A program made the translations under genes and the position numbers. From positions 89,037 to 153,036 of the forward strand of contig JAXMOL010000011.1 in assembly GCA_034669905.1 (NCBI GenBank): a stretch of 64,000 nt of DNA, written 5' to 3'. The notes under the pieces are model-generated. The model searched no databases. It saw only the letters and a list, made by a program, of their open reading frames with translations, and was not told the DNA's origin. This DNA comes from Candidatus Hydrogenedentota bacterium (lineage in GTDB: Bacteria; Hydrogenedentota; Hydrogenedentia; Hydrogenedentales; JAEUWI01). The stretch's first letter is position 1. Each line of letters begins with the position of its first letter. This document shows positions 18,546 through 28,528 of this stretch, piece by piece.

Positions 18546-21350
18546 ATGGCAACCCAATGGAATGATAAAAAGTGGGCCCGCATCTTGACGAGCCTTATCT
18601 TGCTGGCCCTCTTCTCCTACGGCGCCTACCTGCGGTTTCACGATCTCGGGGTAAGCCTCTATGACGACGAAATCAATACCCGCGAGCGGGCCATGCAGTC
18701 CGTCACCCACACCCTCCAGACCCGGCCCTATCCCCTCTACTACCTGAGCGCCAAGCTGGCCCTGGGCCTGGGCGATACCGAAACGGCCCTGCGACTTCCC
18801 AGCTTTATCGCCGGACTCTTAAGCATCCTCGCTATCTTTGGGCTGGTCCGACACCTCCACTCCCGGACTGCCGGGCTGGTGGCGGCGGCGCTCATCGCTT
18901 TCAATCCCTTTCACATTACCCACAGTGATTTCGCGCGCTACTATGCCCTGCTCATGCTCTTCACCATCTTGACGGTGTGGTCGTTGACCCTGGTGCTGGA
19001 ACGGGGACGGTGGCACCAATGGCTGGCCTATATCCTGTCCGCCTTTCTGGCGCTGGCCTCCCACGTGTGTTTCATCCCGGCCCTCGCCCTGCTCAATGTG
19101 GGTGCGGCCCTCTATCTGCTGGGCCAGAAAAGTCGGGGCTCGCTGAAGCGCCGCGTGCTCCATGTGGGCCTCCTCGCCTGCGCCACCCTCATGGCCTGCA
19201 GCTTTGTCATCTACAAAGAGGTCGGTCCCTTTAAGGCCGTGAAGTCCCTCATCACCTTCGGCAACCAACCCGTCAGTGCCGCCACAGAAACGGCCCCTCC
19301 TGCGGCCAACACAGGCGATACGATGGTGGGCACCCTGCCGGAACAGACCTGGGCGGGCCCCTCTTTCCTGGAAGCCCACCAGATGCGCCCCAAAGGGGGC
19401 GGGGCCGCCTTTACGAATCCGGAGACCGGCGAAACCAGGTACCTCCTGACCTACTATGATTGCCTGGAATACCTGAAACGCTATTTCTGGAACAACACGA
19501 CCTGGGTATGGCCCGTGCTCCTCTTTGCAGGCATCTGTGGTGTTTTCGATCTGTTGTACCGGGTACCGGCTGCGGGGCTCCCCCTCTTTTTCGGATTCTT
19601 CCTCACCCCCGGCGCACTCTTTTTCTACGTTACGGATCACTGGTACCACCCCCGCTACCTCTCCTTCACCTTTGTCTTCGCCCTGGTTTTTGTGGCCATT
19701 GGACTCTGTGTGCTGCCCCGGTTTCTCTCCCGGGTCATCGGCGCCCCCCGCAGCCTCCGGCTCTGGCGACGTCGCCCCCTGGAAGGCCCTGCGCGCACGG
19801 CGTCGGTCGCCAATGTGCTTTATGTAATGGCCGTCGGTGCCCTTGCCATACCGGCGGTGCCGGTGATCAATGAGGCCTACCAGACCTATCCCGTGACCGG
19901 TTATCTTCCCGAAGGGCCGCTGGTGGCCAATCGCACGCCCGAACGGGATTGGCGCAATCTCTATCAATACGTTTCCCGCACGGTGAAAGACGGGGACCAG
20001 TTCCTGTTCATGAGCCCCAAGGACCAGCATGGCCCCCGTTATGCCCGGTATTATTTTTCGAAATTCCTTCCCTGGGCCGAGGAGGAGCACCATTTCGATT
20101 CCCGCTTTGACGCCCCCACCGAGCAGAGCATGCACGCTTTTGCGACCGAGCACCCCTTTGCCAATTTCTGGTGTGTGGGTTATCTGAAACATGAGTATGG
20201 CCGTCACATGCGGCTGCTCCGTGAAGCCGGTGCAACCCAACTCAGTTTCTGGAGCCGCAATCAGGACAATGGCATCTGCCTCTTTTACCTGGGTGCCCCG
20301 ACGACCAACTACCTCACCAATGGTGATTTTGAAACGCGTATGAAAACACCCCTGCCGGAGGGTTCCGATATTGATAAGCACGAGGGTTACCAGAGCCGCT
20401 CCTCTCTGCGGGTCCGCTATGACAAGACTGAGGTGGGCGATCAGACCAACTGGGCGCGCTATGTTCCCCTGAAAGTCAATCCCACGAGTTACCGCCTGCG
20501 CAACAACCGCTTTGAAGCCTGGAAAGACGGCCAACCCGTCGGCTGGAACCTGGGAGCCACCGCCCCGGCCGTGGTTGGGCCGGTTGACCCCGGATTCAAG
20601 GAGACCAAGAGCCTGCGTATCACCCCGTCGGACGACGCGGTGGTTCTTCAACAGAGCTTCCCCGTGGGCCTGGCGCCGGGCCGCACCGTGGAATTGCAGA
20701 TGATGGGGCTGAGCAACACGGCCAACAATCTCCACCTGGTGCTGCGCTACCAGGGACCGGGCTACCAGCGGGAAGAACACGCAGTGCACCCCGGCACGGG
20801 AAAATGGGTGTTGCTCACCATGTCAGCCCATATCCCCGCTGATGCGGACCCGGAAAGCCTCACCGTGGAAGTGTGGCGCATGGCCAACCCGGGTGGGGAT
20901 ACAGTCATCGACGATGTGGAATTTCGCGTCCTGGGCCTCGAAGGCCAACTGGAACCCCACGAACCCTATGTGCTCTCCCTCATGGTGCGTACGGAAGATC
21001 TCCAGGATCACCGGGGTGCCGACCAACGCCCGGCGGGCCATGTCCGTCTGGCCTGGACCGATGCCGCAGGCCAGGCAGGCCACCGGGACCTGCTGGACAT
21101 CCGCCAGGAAAAGGGCTGGCGACACCGGACGGTTACCTTTGTGCCTGGAGTCGATATTCCGCAGGACGTGGTCACCCTCCATGTGGAAGTGGGCCTGGAA
21201 AATGGTACCGGCACCCTGTGGGTAGATCAGGTACAATTGGAGAAAGGCCGTCACCCGACGCCCTTCACCGAGACCTATCGCCTGCCCCACGACGAGACGT
21301 TGGCGAATGTTCCGCTGGCCGCTTTTGAAGTGAATGCGGCCTGGAAATAA
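18546..21350 (+). CDS. GT-C glycosyltransferase (PMT/ArnT-like) fused to carbohydrate-binding-like domains
   Basis: YDDE, PLYY, LRLPS, ARYYAL in a multi-TM region; NGDFE, IDDVEF, VDQVQLEKG in the C-terminal part. Confidence 0.8.
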   Translation: MATQWNDKKWARILTSLILLALFSYGAYLRFHDLGVSLYDDEINTRERAMQSVTHTLQTRPYPLYYLSAKLALGLGDTETALRLPSFIAGLLSILAIFGLVRHLHSRTAGLVAAALIAFNPFHITHSDFARYYALLMLFTILTVWSLTLVLERGRWHQWLAYILSAFLALASHVCFIPALALLNVGAALYLLGQKSRGSLKRRVLHVGLLACATLMACSFVIYKEVGPFKAVKSLITFGNQPVSAATETAPPAANTGDTMVGTLPEQTWAGPSFLEAHQMRPKGGGAAFTNPETGETRYLLTYYDCLEYLKRYFWNNTTWVWPVLLFAGICGVFDLLYRVPAAGLPLFFGFFLTPGALFFYVTDHWYHPRYLSFTFVFALVFVAIGLCVLPRFLSRVIGAPRSLRLWRRRPLEGPARTASVANVLYVMAVGALAIPAVPVINEAYQTYPVTGYLPEGPLVANRTPERDWRNLYQYVSRTVKDGDQFLFMSPKDQHGPRYARYYFSKFLPWAEEEHHFDSRFDAPTEQSMHAFATEHPFANFWCVGYLKHEYGRHMRLLREAGATQLSFWSRNQDNGICLFYLGAPTTNYLTNGDFETRMKTPLPEGSDIDKHEGYQSRSSLRVRYDKTEVGDQTNWARYVPLKVNPTSYRLRNNRFEAWKDGQPVGWNLGATAPAVVGPVDPGFKETKSLRITPSDDAVVLQQSFPVGLAPGRTVELQMMGLSNTANNLHLVLRYQGPGYQREEHAVHPGTGKWVLLTMSAHIPADADPESLTVEVWRMANPGGDTVIDDVEFRVLGLEGQLEPHEPYVLSLMVRTEDLQDHRGADQRPAGHVRLAWTDAAGQAGHRDLLDIRQEKGWRHRTVTFVPGVDIPQDVVTLHVEVGLENGTGTLWVDQVQLEKGRHPTPFTETYRLPHDETLANVPLAAFEVNAAWK

Positions 21351-21378
21351 CACGGACCCGCAGTAACCGGGAGCACCC

Positions 21379-23187
21379 ATGGCATACGAGAAATTCCGGC
21401 ACGTGCTCCAACGGGAATTGAGCCGTCCCCGCTCCACGCGCTTTCTGCTGTCGGGTGCGGCCCTTATCATGGTGCCCACCCTCTTCGCCGGTTTTTTCTT
21501 TGACGACTACGTCCACCTCCTCACCCTCCGGGGTGAGGAGACGGTGGCCGCGCCCTTTGACCTCTTTTGTTTTGCCCGGGGCAATGCCGACGCCCTCTAT
21601 CCCTTTCTGAACTCCGGCCCCTACCCCTGGTATACCCTGCCTGATCTCAAGCTCCATTTTTTTCGGCCCCTCTCGTCGGCCACCATGGTGCTCGACCACC
21701 AGCTTTTTGGCGAGACCGCCTTCCTTTACCATGTGCACAGCCTCCTCTGGTACGTACTCCTCGTGTGGGGTGTCGTCCTCCTCTTCCGACGTCATATGAC
21801 ACCCGGCCTGGCGAGTCTCTGCGGCCTGCTCTACCTGTTGGACGACGGACACCTGCTCCCCGCCTTGTGGTGGTCCAATCGCAACGCCATCGTGGCCGCG
21901 GCACCCGCACTCCTGGGATTGGTGGCCCACCTCCGGTGGCGGGAAGACCATTGGCGGCCCGGACTGCCCCTCTCCCTCCTGGGTTACGGCCTGGGTCTCC
22001 TCGGCGGCGAAACGGCGCTGGGCATATTCGGCTATCTCATCGCCTATGAGATGACGTGCCCCCGCACTCCCTGGTATGACCGGGTTCGGGCCCTGAGCCC
22101 CGCGGGTCTCTTGGCCGTCGCCTATCTGCTGGTCTATAAGACGGCCAACTTCGGTGTGCACGGCTCGGGAGTCTATCTCGACCCCATCGCGGAATGGCGC
22201 ACCTACCTGGCCGCGGCACCCACCCGCCTCACCGAGCTCCTCGGCATCCAGTTCTTCTCGCTGCCCTCGGAGTTGTCCGTAGTTTCCAACCCCCTTGGAA
22301 CGCTCCTGCTGGCGGCTGCCTTCCTACTCACCCTCGTCCTGGGCGCGGGCCTGGTACGCCTTTGGAAATTCTGTGATAAGGACGAACGTCGGCTGCTCCT
22401 GTGGATGGGACTGGGCTCCTTTATCGCATCCCTTCCCGTCCTCGCCACCTTCCCCTCGGGACGTCTCCTGCTGCTGCCATCCATCGGGGGCTGCGTCTGG
22501 ATAGGCCTGTTCATTAGCAAAGGACTCCAGTTGGCCCGCGCGCGTGAAACACGGTTTGTCCGCCTGCTCGCCGGCGTCTTCGTTGTCCTGCATCTCGCGG
22601 TGCCGCCCCTCCATTGGATCGGTGCGAGTATCGCGATTCCGACCATCATCCATGCCTCCAAAGATGCCTTTCGCGAAATAGAAATCAACCCGAAAACAGC
22701 CCCCACGCAACGGGTCATCGCCCTTTTTGCCGCCGACCCCTACACGGGCTTCTACCCCCTGGTCATGCGCCAATACCTGGGTTATCCCAATCCCCGGAGC
22801 TGGCAGACCCTTTCGCTGGCGCCATTCGACCACGAAATCACCCGCACGGCCCCCCATCAGTTTGAGGTGCACGTCCTGGGTGGCGAACTGCTCTCGACCC
22901 CCTTTGAACGACTCATGCGCAGTGACCAATACCCCTATCAGCCGGGCGAAGTGGTTACCCTTCAGGGATTTACCATCACGATTCTTGAGACTGGCGCCTG
23001 GGGACCCTCCCGCTTCCGGCTGACGATGGATGAACCGCTGGAGTCTCCGGCCTACACTTTCCTCGCCTGGCAGGACGGCCGCCTTTCCCCCATCACCTGG
23101 CCCGCCGTGGGCGAATCAAGGACATTTTCGGTGTCCGACGGCTACTTCGCCTGGCGAAACTTCAAAAGCCGGCTTCCCCTGTTGTAG
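21379..23187 (+). CDS. Polytopic membrane protein, probable GT-C fold
   Basis: FFDDY after first TM, FFRPL, YH.HSL, many TM helices. Confidence 0.7.
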   Translation: MAYEKFRHVLQRELSRPRSTRFLLSGAALIMVPTLFAGFFFDDYVHLLTLRGEETVAAPFDLFCFARGNADALYPFLNSGPYPWYTLPDLKLHFFRPLSSATMVLDHQLFGETAFLYHVHSLLWYVLLVWGVVLLFRRHMTPGLASLCGLLYLLDDGHLLPALWWSNRNAIVAAAPALLGLVAHLRWREDHWRPGLPLSLLGYGLGLLGGETALGIFGYLIAYEMTCPRTPWYDRVRALSPAGLLAVAYLLVYKTANFGVHGSGVYLDPIAEWRTYLAAAPTRLTELLGIQFFSLPSELSVVSNPLGTLLLAAAFLLTLVLGAGLVRLWKFCDKDERRLLLWMGLGSFIASLPVLATFPSGRLLLLPSIGGCVWIGLFISKGLQLARARETRFVRLLAGVFVVLHLAVPPLHWIGASIAIPTIIHASKDAFREIEINPKTAPTQRVIALFAADPYTGFYPLVMRQYLGYPNPRSWQTLSLAPFDHEITRTAPHQFEVHVLGGELLSTPFERLMRSDQYPYQPGEVVTLQGFTITILETGAWGPSRFRLTMDEPLESPAYTFLAWQDGRLSPITWPAVGESRTFSVSDGYFAWRNFKSRLPLL

Positions 23188-23250
23188 AATCAGCGGATTC
23201 CAACGCCCCCCTTTCCGGCGGGCAGTTCACTTTGTTAAAAGGATTGCATT

Positions 23251-23451
23251 ATGAACGTCATGGTAAATGGCGAAGCCCGCGAATTAGCGGCGGGCACCTC
23301 TATCCAGGCATTGCTCGATACCCTGGGCTTTGACGGCACAACCCTCGTGGTCCAGAAAAATGATGACATCATCGAGCAGGCCGACTACGCAGACAGTCCC
23401 CTCAACGAAGGGGACCAGATTGAACTCGTCCGCTTTGTGGGCGGTGGCTGA
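23251..23451 (+). CDS. thiS: Sulfur carrier protein ThiS
   Basis: VNG start, C-terminal FVGGG, overlaps thiE start. Confidence 0.95.
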   Translation: MNVMVNGEARELAAGTSIQALLDTLGFDGTTLVVQKNDDIIEQADYADSPLNEGDQIELVRFVGGG

Positions 23452-24101
23452 TGGACTTAGCCAGCCGGCAGGCCCGGTTCCAACAGGCCGATTTGTATGT
23501 GGTCATCACGGAGGCCTTTTGCGAGGGGCGCGACGGGGTGGACGTGCTGGATGCCTGCCTTCGGGCCGGGGTGCGGCTGGTCCAGTTTCGTGAGAAGCAT
23601 GTTTCTGCACAGGTTTTGGTCGAAAAGGGGCGGGCCTTTGCCGAACGCTGCCACGATGCCGGTGCCCTGCTCATCGTCAACGACCGGGTCGATGTCGCCC
23701 TGGCCATCGGCGCGGATGGTGTCCATTTGGGACAGGACGATCTGCCCGTAGCCGATGCGCGGCGGATTGCCCCGGAATTGTTGGTCGGTGCAAGTTCCCA
23801 CGATCTTGAGGAAGCCCTGGCTGCCCAGAAGGCCGGCGCGACCTACGTCAACATTGGCCCCATTTTCGCCACCCAGACCAAAGACGTCCCCACGGGAGTG
23901 GTTGGGCCGGAAATGATTGATACGATTCGTCCCCACCTGACCATTCCGTTCACCTGTATGGGCGGCCTCAAGGCCCACAATCTCCATGAAGTGGTGCGCC
24001 GGGGTACCCGTCGGGTGGCCGTCGTGACCGCCGTCACCGCCGCGCCAGACGTGCGGGTTGCGGCGAAAGAACTCCGCCAGGCCATTCACGCGGCGGATTA
24101 G
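23451..24101 (+). CDS. thiE: Thiamine-phosphate synthase
   Basis: QFREK, VNDRVD, GVHLGQDD, GPIFATQTK. Confidence 0.95.
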   Translation: MDLASRQARFQQADLYVVITEAFCEGRDGVDVLDACLRAGVRLVQFREKHVSAQVLVEKGRAFAERCHDAGALLIVNDRVDVALAIGADGVHLGQDDLPVADARRIAPELLVGASSHDLEEALAAQKAGATYVNIGPIFATQTKDVPTGVVGPEMIDTIRPHLTIPFTCMGGLKAHNLHEVVRRGTRRVAVVTAVTAAPDVRVAAKELRQAIHAAD

Positions 24102-24206
24102 TAGGTCGAGACCGCAGGATCATGATACCCATCCCCATCGCGGTGGGCACCTTCCTGTCACAGACTGTATGGTATCCGGCAATTTTCTCGCGCAGCACGA
24201 CGGGCG

Positions 24207-24961
24207 TAGCGCAGCCGTTGGCCGCAACCAGAAGATTTTGAACCACGAATAAACACTAATTCACACGAATAAGAGTCGTTGCGCCCAGACAATTAGCCTC
24301 TAATAAGGCGGATATTAAGGGACCGGACGCCATCGAAAATTGCCTTTCGAACAGGCCATGCCCACGCGGTCCGAATGGGGCAATCTTATCTCTATGCTGA
24401 TCTGTGTCATCCGTGCTATCCATCTCCTCCGTGGTCACTATTCTGCATATGCGACCCTGATTGGTGAATGCATTCACAAGACTAGCAGGGAGAGATTGGG
24501 ATTCAGCATCCAGCCTGTCTATCTTGCAGGCACCACCGCCTTCCTCCTTCCCTCTTCTTCGTGCTCTTCGTTCCACTATCCGGCGTCTTCTTCTCCTTTT
24601 GACAAGAAAATAGATTTCGCGAGTTTGCATCACCTATTCCTTCTTTAGGTTACACGCCTGAATCAGAGTTGGAGAAATTCCGAATTTTGACCACGGATTA
24701 AAGGGATGATACGGATAGGAGAACATAGACTAAAAGTCGATTAGCGGTAGGTATCCATTGCGATACATCCCCGCAAGCCGTTTTATCCGTGGTCAATCAT
24801 GTTGATTACCATTCATTGCTTTCTCACCACAGATACACAGTGAACCTGAGAGAATATTTCGTCTCCGCGTTCCTTACGTTCCTTTGCGGCCAATAAAATT
24901 CGTGTTCATTCGTGTTCATTCGTGGTTCAACTTTTTTGAGTTGTGGCCAACGGCTGCGCTA
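24207..24961. mobile_element. Non-autonomous element bounded by 64-bp imperfect inverted repeats
   Basis: 24207-24270 vs reverse complement of 24898-24961 match at 53/64; AT-richer interior with nested related repeats; no credible gene. Confidence 0.6.
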
Positions 24962-25072
24962 AGTCCTTCGTGGTGAAAACTACTATAGGTATCCACCACG
25001 GAATGCACCGAATGACACGGAAGGAAAACTAAGGGGGTTGACCTTTCCGCCACGGGCAGCCCAAACATAGAA

Positions 25073-25101
25073 CGGGCGCTCCGTATTTTTCGGAGCGCCC
25101 G
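25073..25101 (-). terminator. Stem-loop downstream of the GspF/PilC gene
   Basis: CGGGCGCTCCG / CGGAGCGCCCG 11-bp stem followed by a modest T-rich tract on the minus strand. Confidence 0.6.
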
Positions 25102-25141
25102 GTGGCTTGAGTATGGTTGCTAGTGGATGTCCCGCCCGTTA

Positions 25142-26692
25142 TCAGGCACCCGCGTTACCCAACTGTTCGATGAGGGCCACGAGGGGTTGGAACAGGGCCA
25201 CGAAGAGAATCAGGATGCCCAGACCAACAATCACGGTAAATATAGGCTGAAGCGTCTCGCCCAGACTACGGGTCTGAATTTCCACTTCCTGCTCATAAAT
25301 GTCCGCAATCTGATTGGCTACTTCGTCGACCCGACCGGACTCTTCACCGGTGACCAACATGTCGGTCACGACCGGGGGAATGGCCGGAGCCGCCTTACGC
25401 AGGGGCGCTTCCATACCACCACCGCGCTCGATGGAATCCCGAACCCCCTGAAGGGCCTCGGCCACGCGCCGGTTATTCACCGAAGAGCGGGTCAGTTCGA
25501 GGGTGGCCATCATGGGAACACCCGAACGAATCAGGAGCGCCAGGGTCCGGGTCAACTCGACGATGGCATTGCCTTTGACGATGGGGCCGGTTACCGGAAT
25601 GCGCAGTTTAATGGTGTCCACCCAGAGTCGCGCCACAGGGGAGCGGGCGACAAAGAGTTTGTAGAGCACGACCAGCACCGCGAGTATGACGAAGGGCCAC
25701 CACCAGTACGCGGAGAACCACTCGGAGGCATCAAAAAGCGCCTGGGTCAGGCCCTTAATTTCGATATCGGCTTTTTCAAACATGGATTTGAATTCGGGGA
25801 TAACGAACTTGGTGATGAGCAGCATAACCAGGGTACAGGCGACGATCAGAATCGCCGGATAGACCATGGCACTGCGCACCCGTTTGTGCATGAGCTCCCG
25901 CTCTGTACGGTACGCGACCACCCGTTCCAACACGGTGATCAGGGTACCGCTCGCCTCACTGGCGCGAATCAGGTTGACGAAAACACGGTCGAAATAGCGG
26001 CTGTGCCGATCAAAGGCCTGCCAGAGGGGGTTACCCGCTTCCACATATTGGGTGATATCGGCCACGAGGGCACGGGCACGGGCACGTTCGCCCCGTTTCG
26101 AAAGGGTCTGGAGGGCACGAAGGATGGGCGTACCGGCCTTGAGCAACATGATGAGCTGCCGCAGGAAGTTGGTGACGTCCGATTTCCGAACGCTCCCCAT
26201 GAAGGATGCGGCGGCGGCAGGGCCCCCGAACTCATCCCGGGCACCGGATTTCCGGGCGTCTTTACCAGCGCCGGCCTTCGATTTGGCCGCAACCGCTTTC
26301 ACGGCCAGGGGCTTGGCGCCACCGGCGATACTTACCGCGGGTTTCTCTGCGGGCGCGGCGGGCTTGGATACCGCAGGTCGCTCGGCCACTTCGTCGTCTT
26401 TTTCCGTATCAGCCAACACGTCCGCGAGTCCTTTAACGTCGATCTTTTTCAAGCCGCCGCGGGCTGCGACCGCCTTTTTCGCGGGTGCCTTTTTGGCAGC
26501 CGGCTTTTTGGCGGCAGCTTTCTTTGCCGCTGCTTTTTTGGTGGCCGCTTTCTTCGCGGCCGGCTTCTTGGCGGTTGCCTTTTTCTTCGCCGCCGGTTTG
26601 GGCTCGGTCACGTCGCCCTCAGCGGCAGGCGCTTCGGGGGTGACTTCTTCGGCATCGGTGCTGACTTCCGGATTCTCGGCTTCGTTCGCCAT
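25142..26692 (-). CDS. Type II secretion F / PilC platform protein with Lys/Ala-rich N-terminal extension
   Basis: FLRQL..LLKAG, EASGTL, SAMVYP, TGEESG, three TM helices. Confidence 0.9.
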   Translation of the reverse strand: MANEAENPEVSTDAEEVTPEAPAAEGDVTEPKPAAKKKATAKKPAAKKAATKKAAAKKAAAKKPAAKKAPAKKAVAARGGLKKIDVKGLADVLADTEKDDEVAERPAVSKPAAPAEKPAVSIAGGAKPLAVKAVAAKSKAGAGKDARKSGARDEFGGPAAAASFMGSVRKSDVTNFLRQLIMLLKAGTPILRALQTLSKRGERARARALVADITQYVEAGNPLWQAFDRHSRYFDRVFVNLIRASEASGTLITVLERVVAYRTERELMHKRVRSAMVYPAILIVACTLVMLLITKFVIPEFKSMFEKADIEIKGLTQALFDASEWFSAYWWWPFVILAVLVVLYKLFVARSPVARLWVDTIKLRIPVTGPIVKGNAIVELTRTLALLIRSGVPMMATLELTRSSVNNRRVAEALQGVRDSIERGGGMEAPLRKAAPAIPPVVTDMLVTGEESGRVDEVANQIADIYEQEVEIQTRSLGETLQPIFTVIVGLGILILFVALFQPLVALIEQLGNAGA

Positions 26693-26777
26693 CAGACGGC
26701 ATCCTCCCTGGAGTTCCTATTCGATGCCCCGCAGAGCGGGGCCAATTTCCTGGTTTGTCGGGCGCGTTGGGACCACA

Positions 26778-27884
26778 TTAGACCGTCGCCTCCGCTTCCG
26801 CGTTGACTTCCTGTTCCTCGACGGTCTCATCCGCATTCTCCGCGGCCGGCGCTTCCGTCGCTTCTTTGGCATCGGCAAAATCCACATTCCAGTGGACGAT
26901 GTCATACTCGGCGTTTTCGTTAAACAGCAGGACGGCCTCCACCCGATGGACGGATACATTCATGAGGTAGCGACGCTTATCGGCGGCACTGGCCGTTTCA
27001 TACTGGTCTTTGTCCACGTACCGGGCGTAGCGCCCTTCACAGACCACGCGGAAACACCGGGATTGGAAGCCCAGCGACGGGTCGGGACTGACCGATTCCG
27101 CGGGTACGCCGCGGGCGGCCGCCACCGCAGCAGCCAGGGCGGTGGGAGAAGAAAAAGGTCCCTTCCCTTTCACCTGGGCGGCTTGCTCCGGGGTCAAATC
27201 CAACACGGCGGCCAGCACGGCGGCGTCGGCCGCGTTGACATTAAAGTAACCCTGGGGCTTCGCATGGTCCACGACGGAATAGGTCGTTAAGGTTTCGTGG
27301 ACGGCGGGGGAAAGGGGCGATTCAATGAGTCCCCGAGCGACGAGCTCATCCAACTCCAGATACCACGGGTTGGTGGAGGAATTCCCACCTGCGGGCACGC
27401 TGGCCGCAATCGCGCGCGCGGTATCCCCGGAAACGCCGAGTACTTTTTGTAAGACACTGGCCGGCGCGTGGTTCAGATTGACCTTGCCGCTTTCATCATA
27501 AATCGTGAAGGTCGTTTCGGCCAGGCGGGGCGCGCCCATTTCCTCAATGAGGGTCTGGCCCTCCTCACCCGACACCAGGGAACGATAGGTGGGGAACTTT
27601 ATTGCATAGGGGGATTCCAGCTGGATGGGACGGGTCGTGGGATTCAGCAGGTATTGTTGAATGCCGGCGGCGGCGCTCTCGACCCCCGCAATGGCCAATT
27701 GTCGGGCCCGTTTCTGGCGCAACTCGATGCTGGTGTCGGCCACTTCCAACTCCATGTGACGGAGGTAAATCATGCCCAGCGCGGAGAAGACGGCCAGGAT
27801 GGAAAGGGCGAAGAGTAATGCAGCACCGCGACGCCCCTCCGTTGACCGGGGGCCCGCCTGGGTATCAATCTTGGTATCGTGCAT
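26778..27884 (-). CDS. GspK/PilX-like minor pseudopilin
   Basis: RRG/AALLFAL prepilin-like site lacking Glu5, DESGKVNLN, NVNAA; start reassigned to MHDTK. Confidence 0.8.
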   Translation of the reverse strand: MHDTKIDTQAGPRSTEGRRGAALLFALSILAVFSALGMIYLRHMELEVADTSIELRQKRARQLAIAGVESAAAGIQQYLLNPTTRPIQLESPYAIKFPTYRSLVSGEEGQTLIEEMGAPRLAETTFTIYDESGKVNLNHAPASVLQKVLGVSGDTARAIAASVPAGGNSSTNPWYLELDELVARGLIESPLSPAVHETLTTYSVVDHAKPQGYFNVNAADAAVLAAVLDLTPEQAAQVKGKGPFSSPTALAAAVAAARGVPAESVSPDPSLGFQSRCFRVVCEGRYARYVDKDQYETASAADKRRYLMNVSVHRVEAVLLFNENAEYDIVHWNVDFADAKEATEAPAAENADETVEEQEVNAEAEATV

Positions 27885-27892
27885 AGAGCGAC

Positions 27893-28528
27893 TCACTTTA
27901 CGTGGATTGGAAATACGGCTTCGCGGGAAATGTGCTCGCCTGGGCGATTTACCATACCGATGGCCAGGCTGACCCGAACCGCTTCCGGATGGTGGGGAGC
28001 GGACCATTCCTCGACCCAGCCATTCTTGCCATCCAGATAGGTGACATTCATGGAAACCACGGCTTCGGCAAGTACCTGGGCACCCTGTTCGGGAAGGCTT
28101 CCGTCGTTGGGGCCAACCGACCGAATGAGTTTTGGATTCTCGACTTCGGTCCGATCGATGCTATAGCGAACGGCCAATTGTTCCCACGGCCCATTGCCAA
28201 GACGACGTTGCTGAATCGGCAGAATCAGCGCGTCGTTTTCGGGATAGTGGCGGTTCAGCGTTGCCTCTTCCTCCAGGGCATCCACGCCTCGGATCGCGTG
28301 GCCATTGCGCTGGGCGGAAAGGACACGTTCGGTATCGTTTCGCACCATGTTAAAGACATTGACACATTTGGCGTTCAGATCCATGCTGGCCGAGGTATCG
28401 CGCCAGAGGCTGGTCATCGAAATGAAAGTCGTGGCCCCCAACGTCGTTACGACCGAAAGGATGGTCAACACCATGAGGAGTTCAATGAGCGTGAAACCAA
28501 GTCGTTGCTTGCGTTGTATCATGATCAT
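27893..28528 (-). CDS. GspJ-like pseudopilin
   Basis: G/FTLIELL N-methylation motif, W..EW...P.AVRV; ATGA overlap with upstream gene. Confidence 0.85.
   Translation of the reverse strand: MIMIQRKQRLGFTLIELLMVLTILSVVTTLGATTFISMTSLWRDTSASMDLNAKCVNVFNMVRNDTERVLSAQRNGHAIRGVDALEEEATLNRHYPENDALILPIQQRRLGNGPWEQLAVRYSIDRTEVENPKLIRSVGPNDGSLPEQGAQVLAEAVVSMNVTYLDGKNGWVEEWSAPHHPEAVRVSLAIGMVNRPGEHISREAVFPIHVK

Noticed and set aside
24256..24648. ORFs of 125 and 102 aa inside the inverted-repeat element
   Set aside because: Low-complexity composition, run into repeats, no recognisable domain
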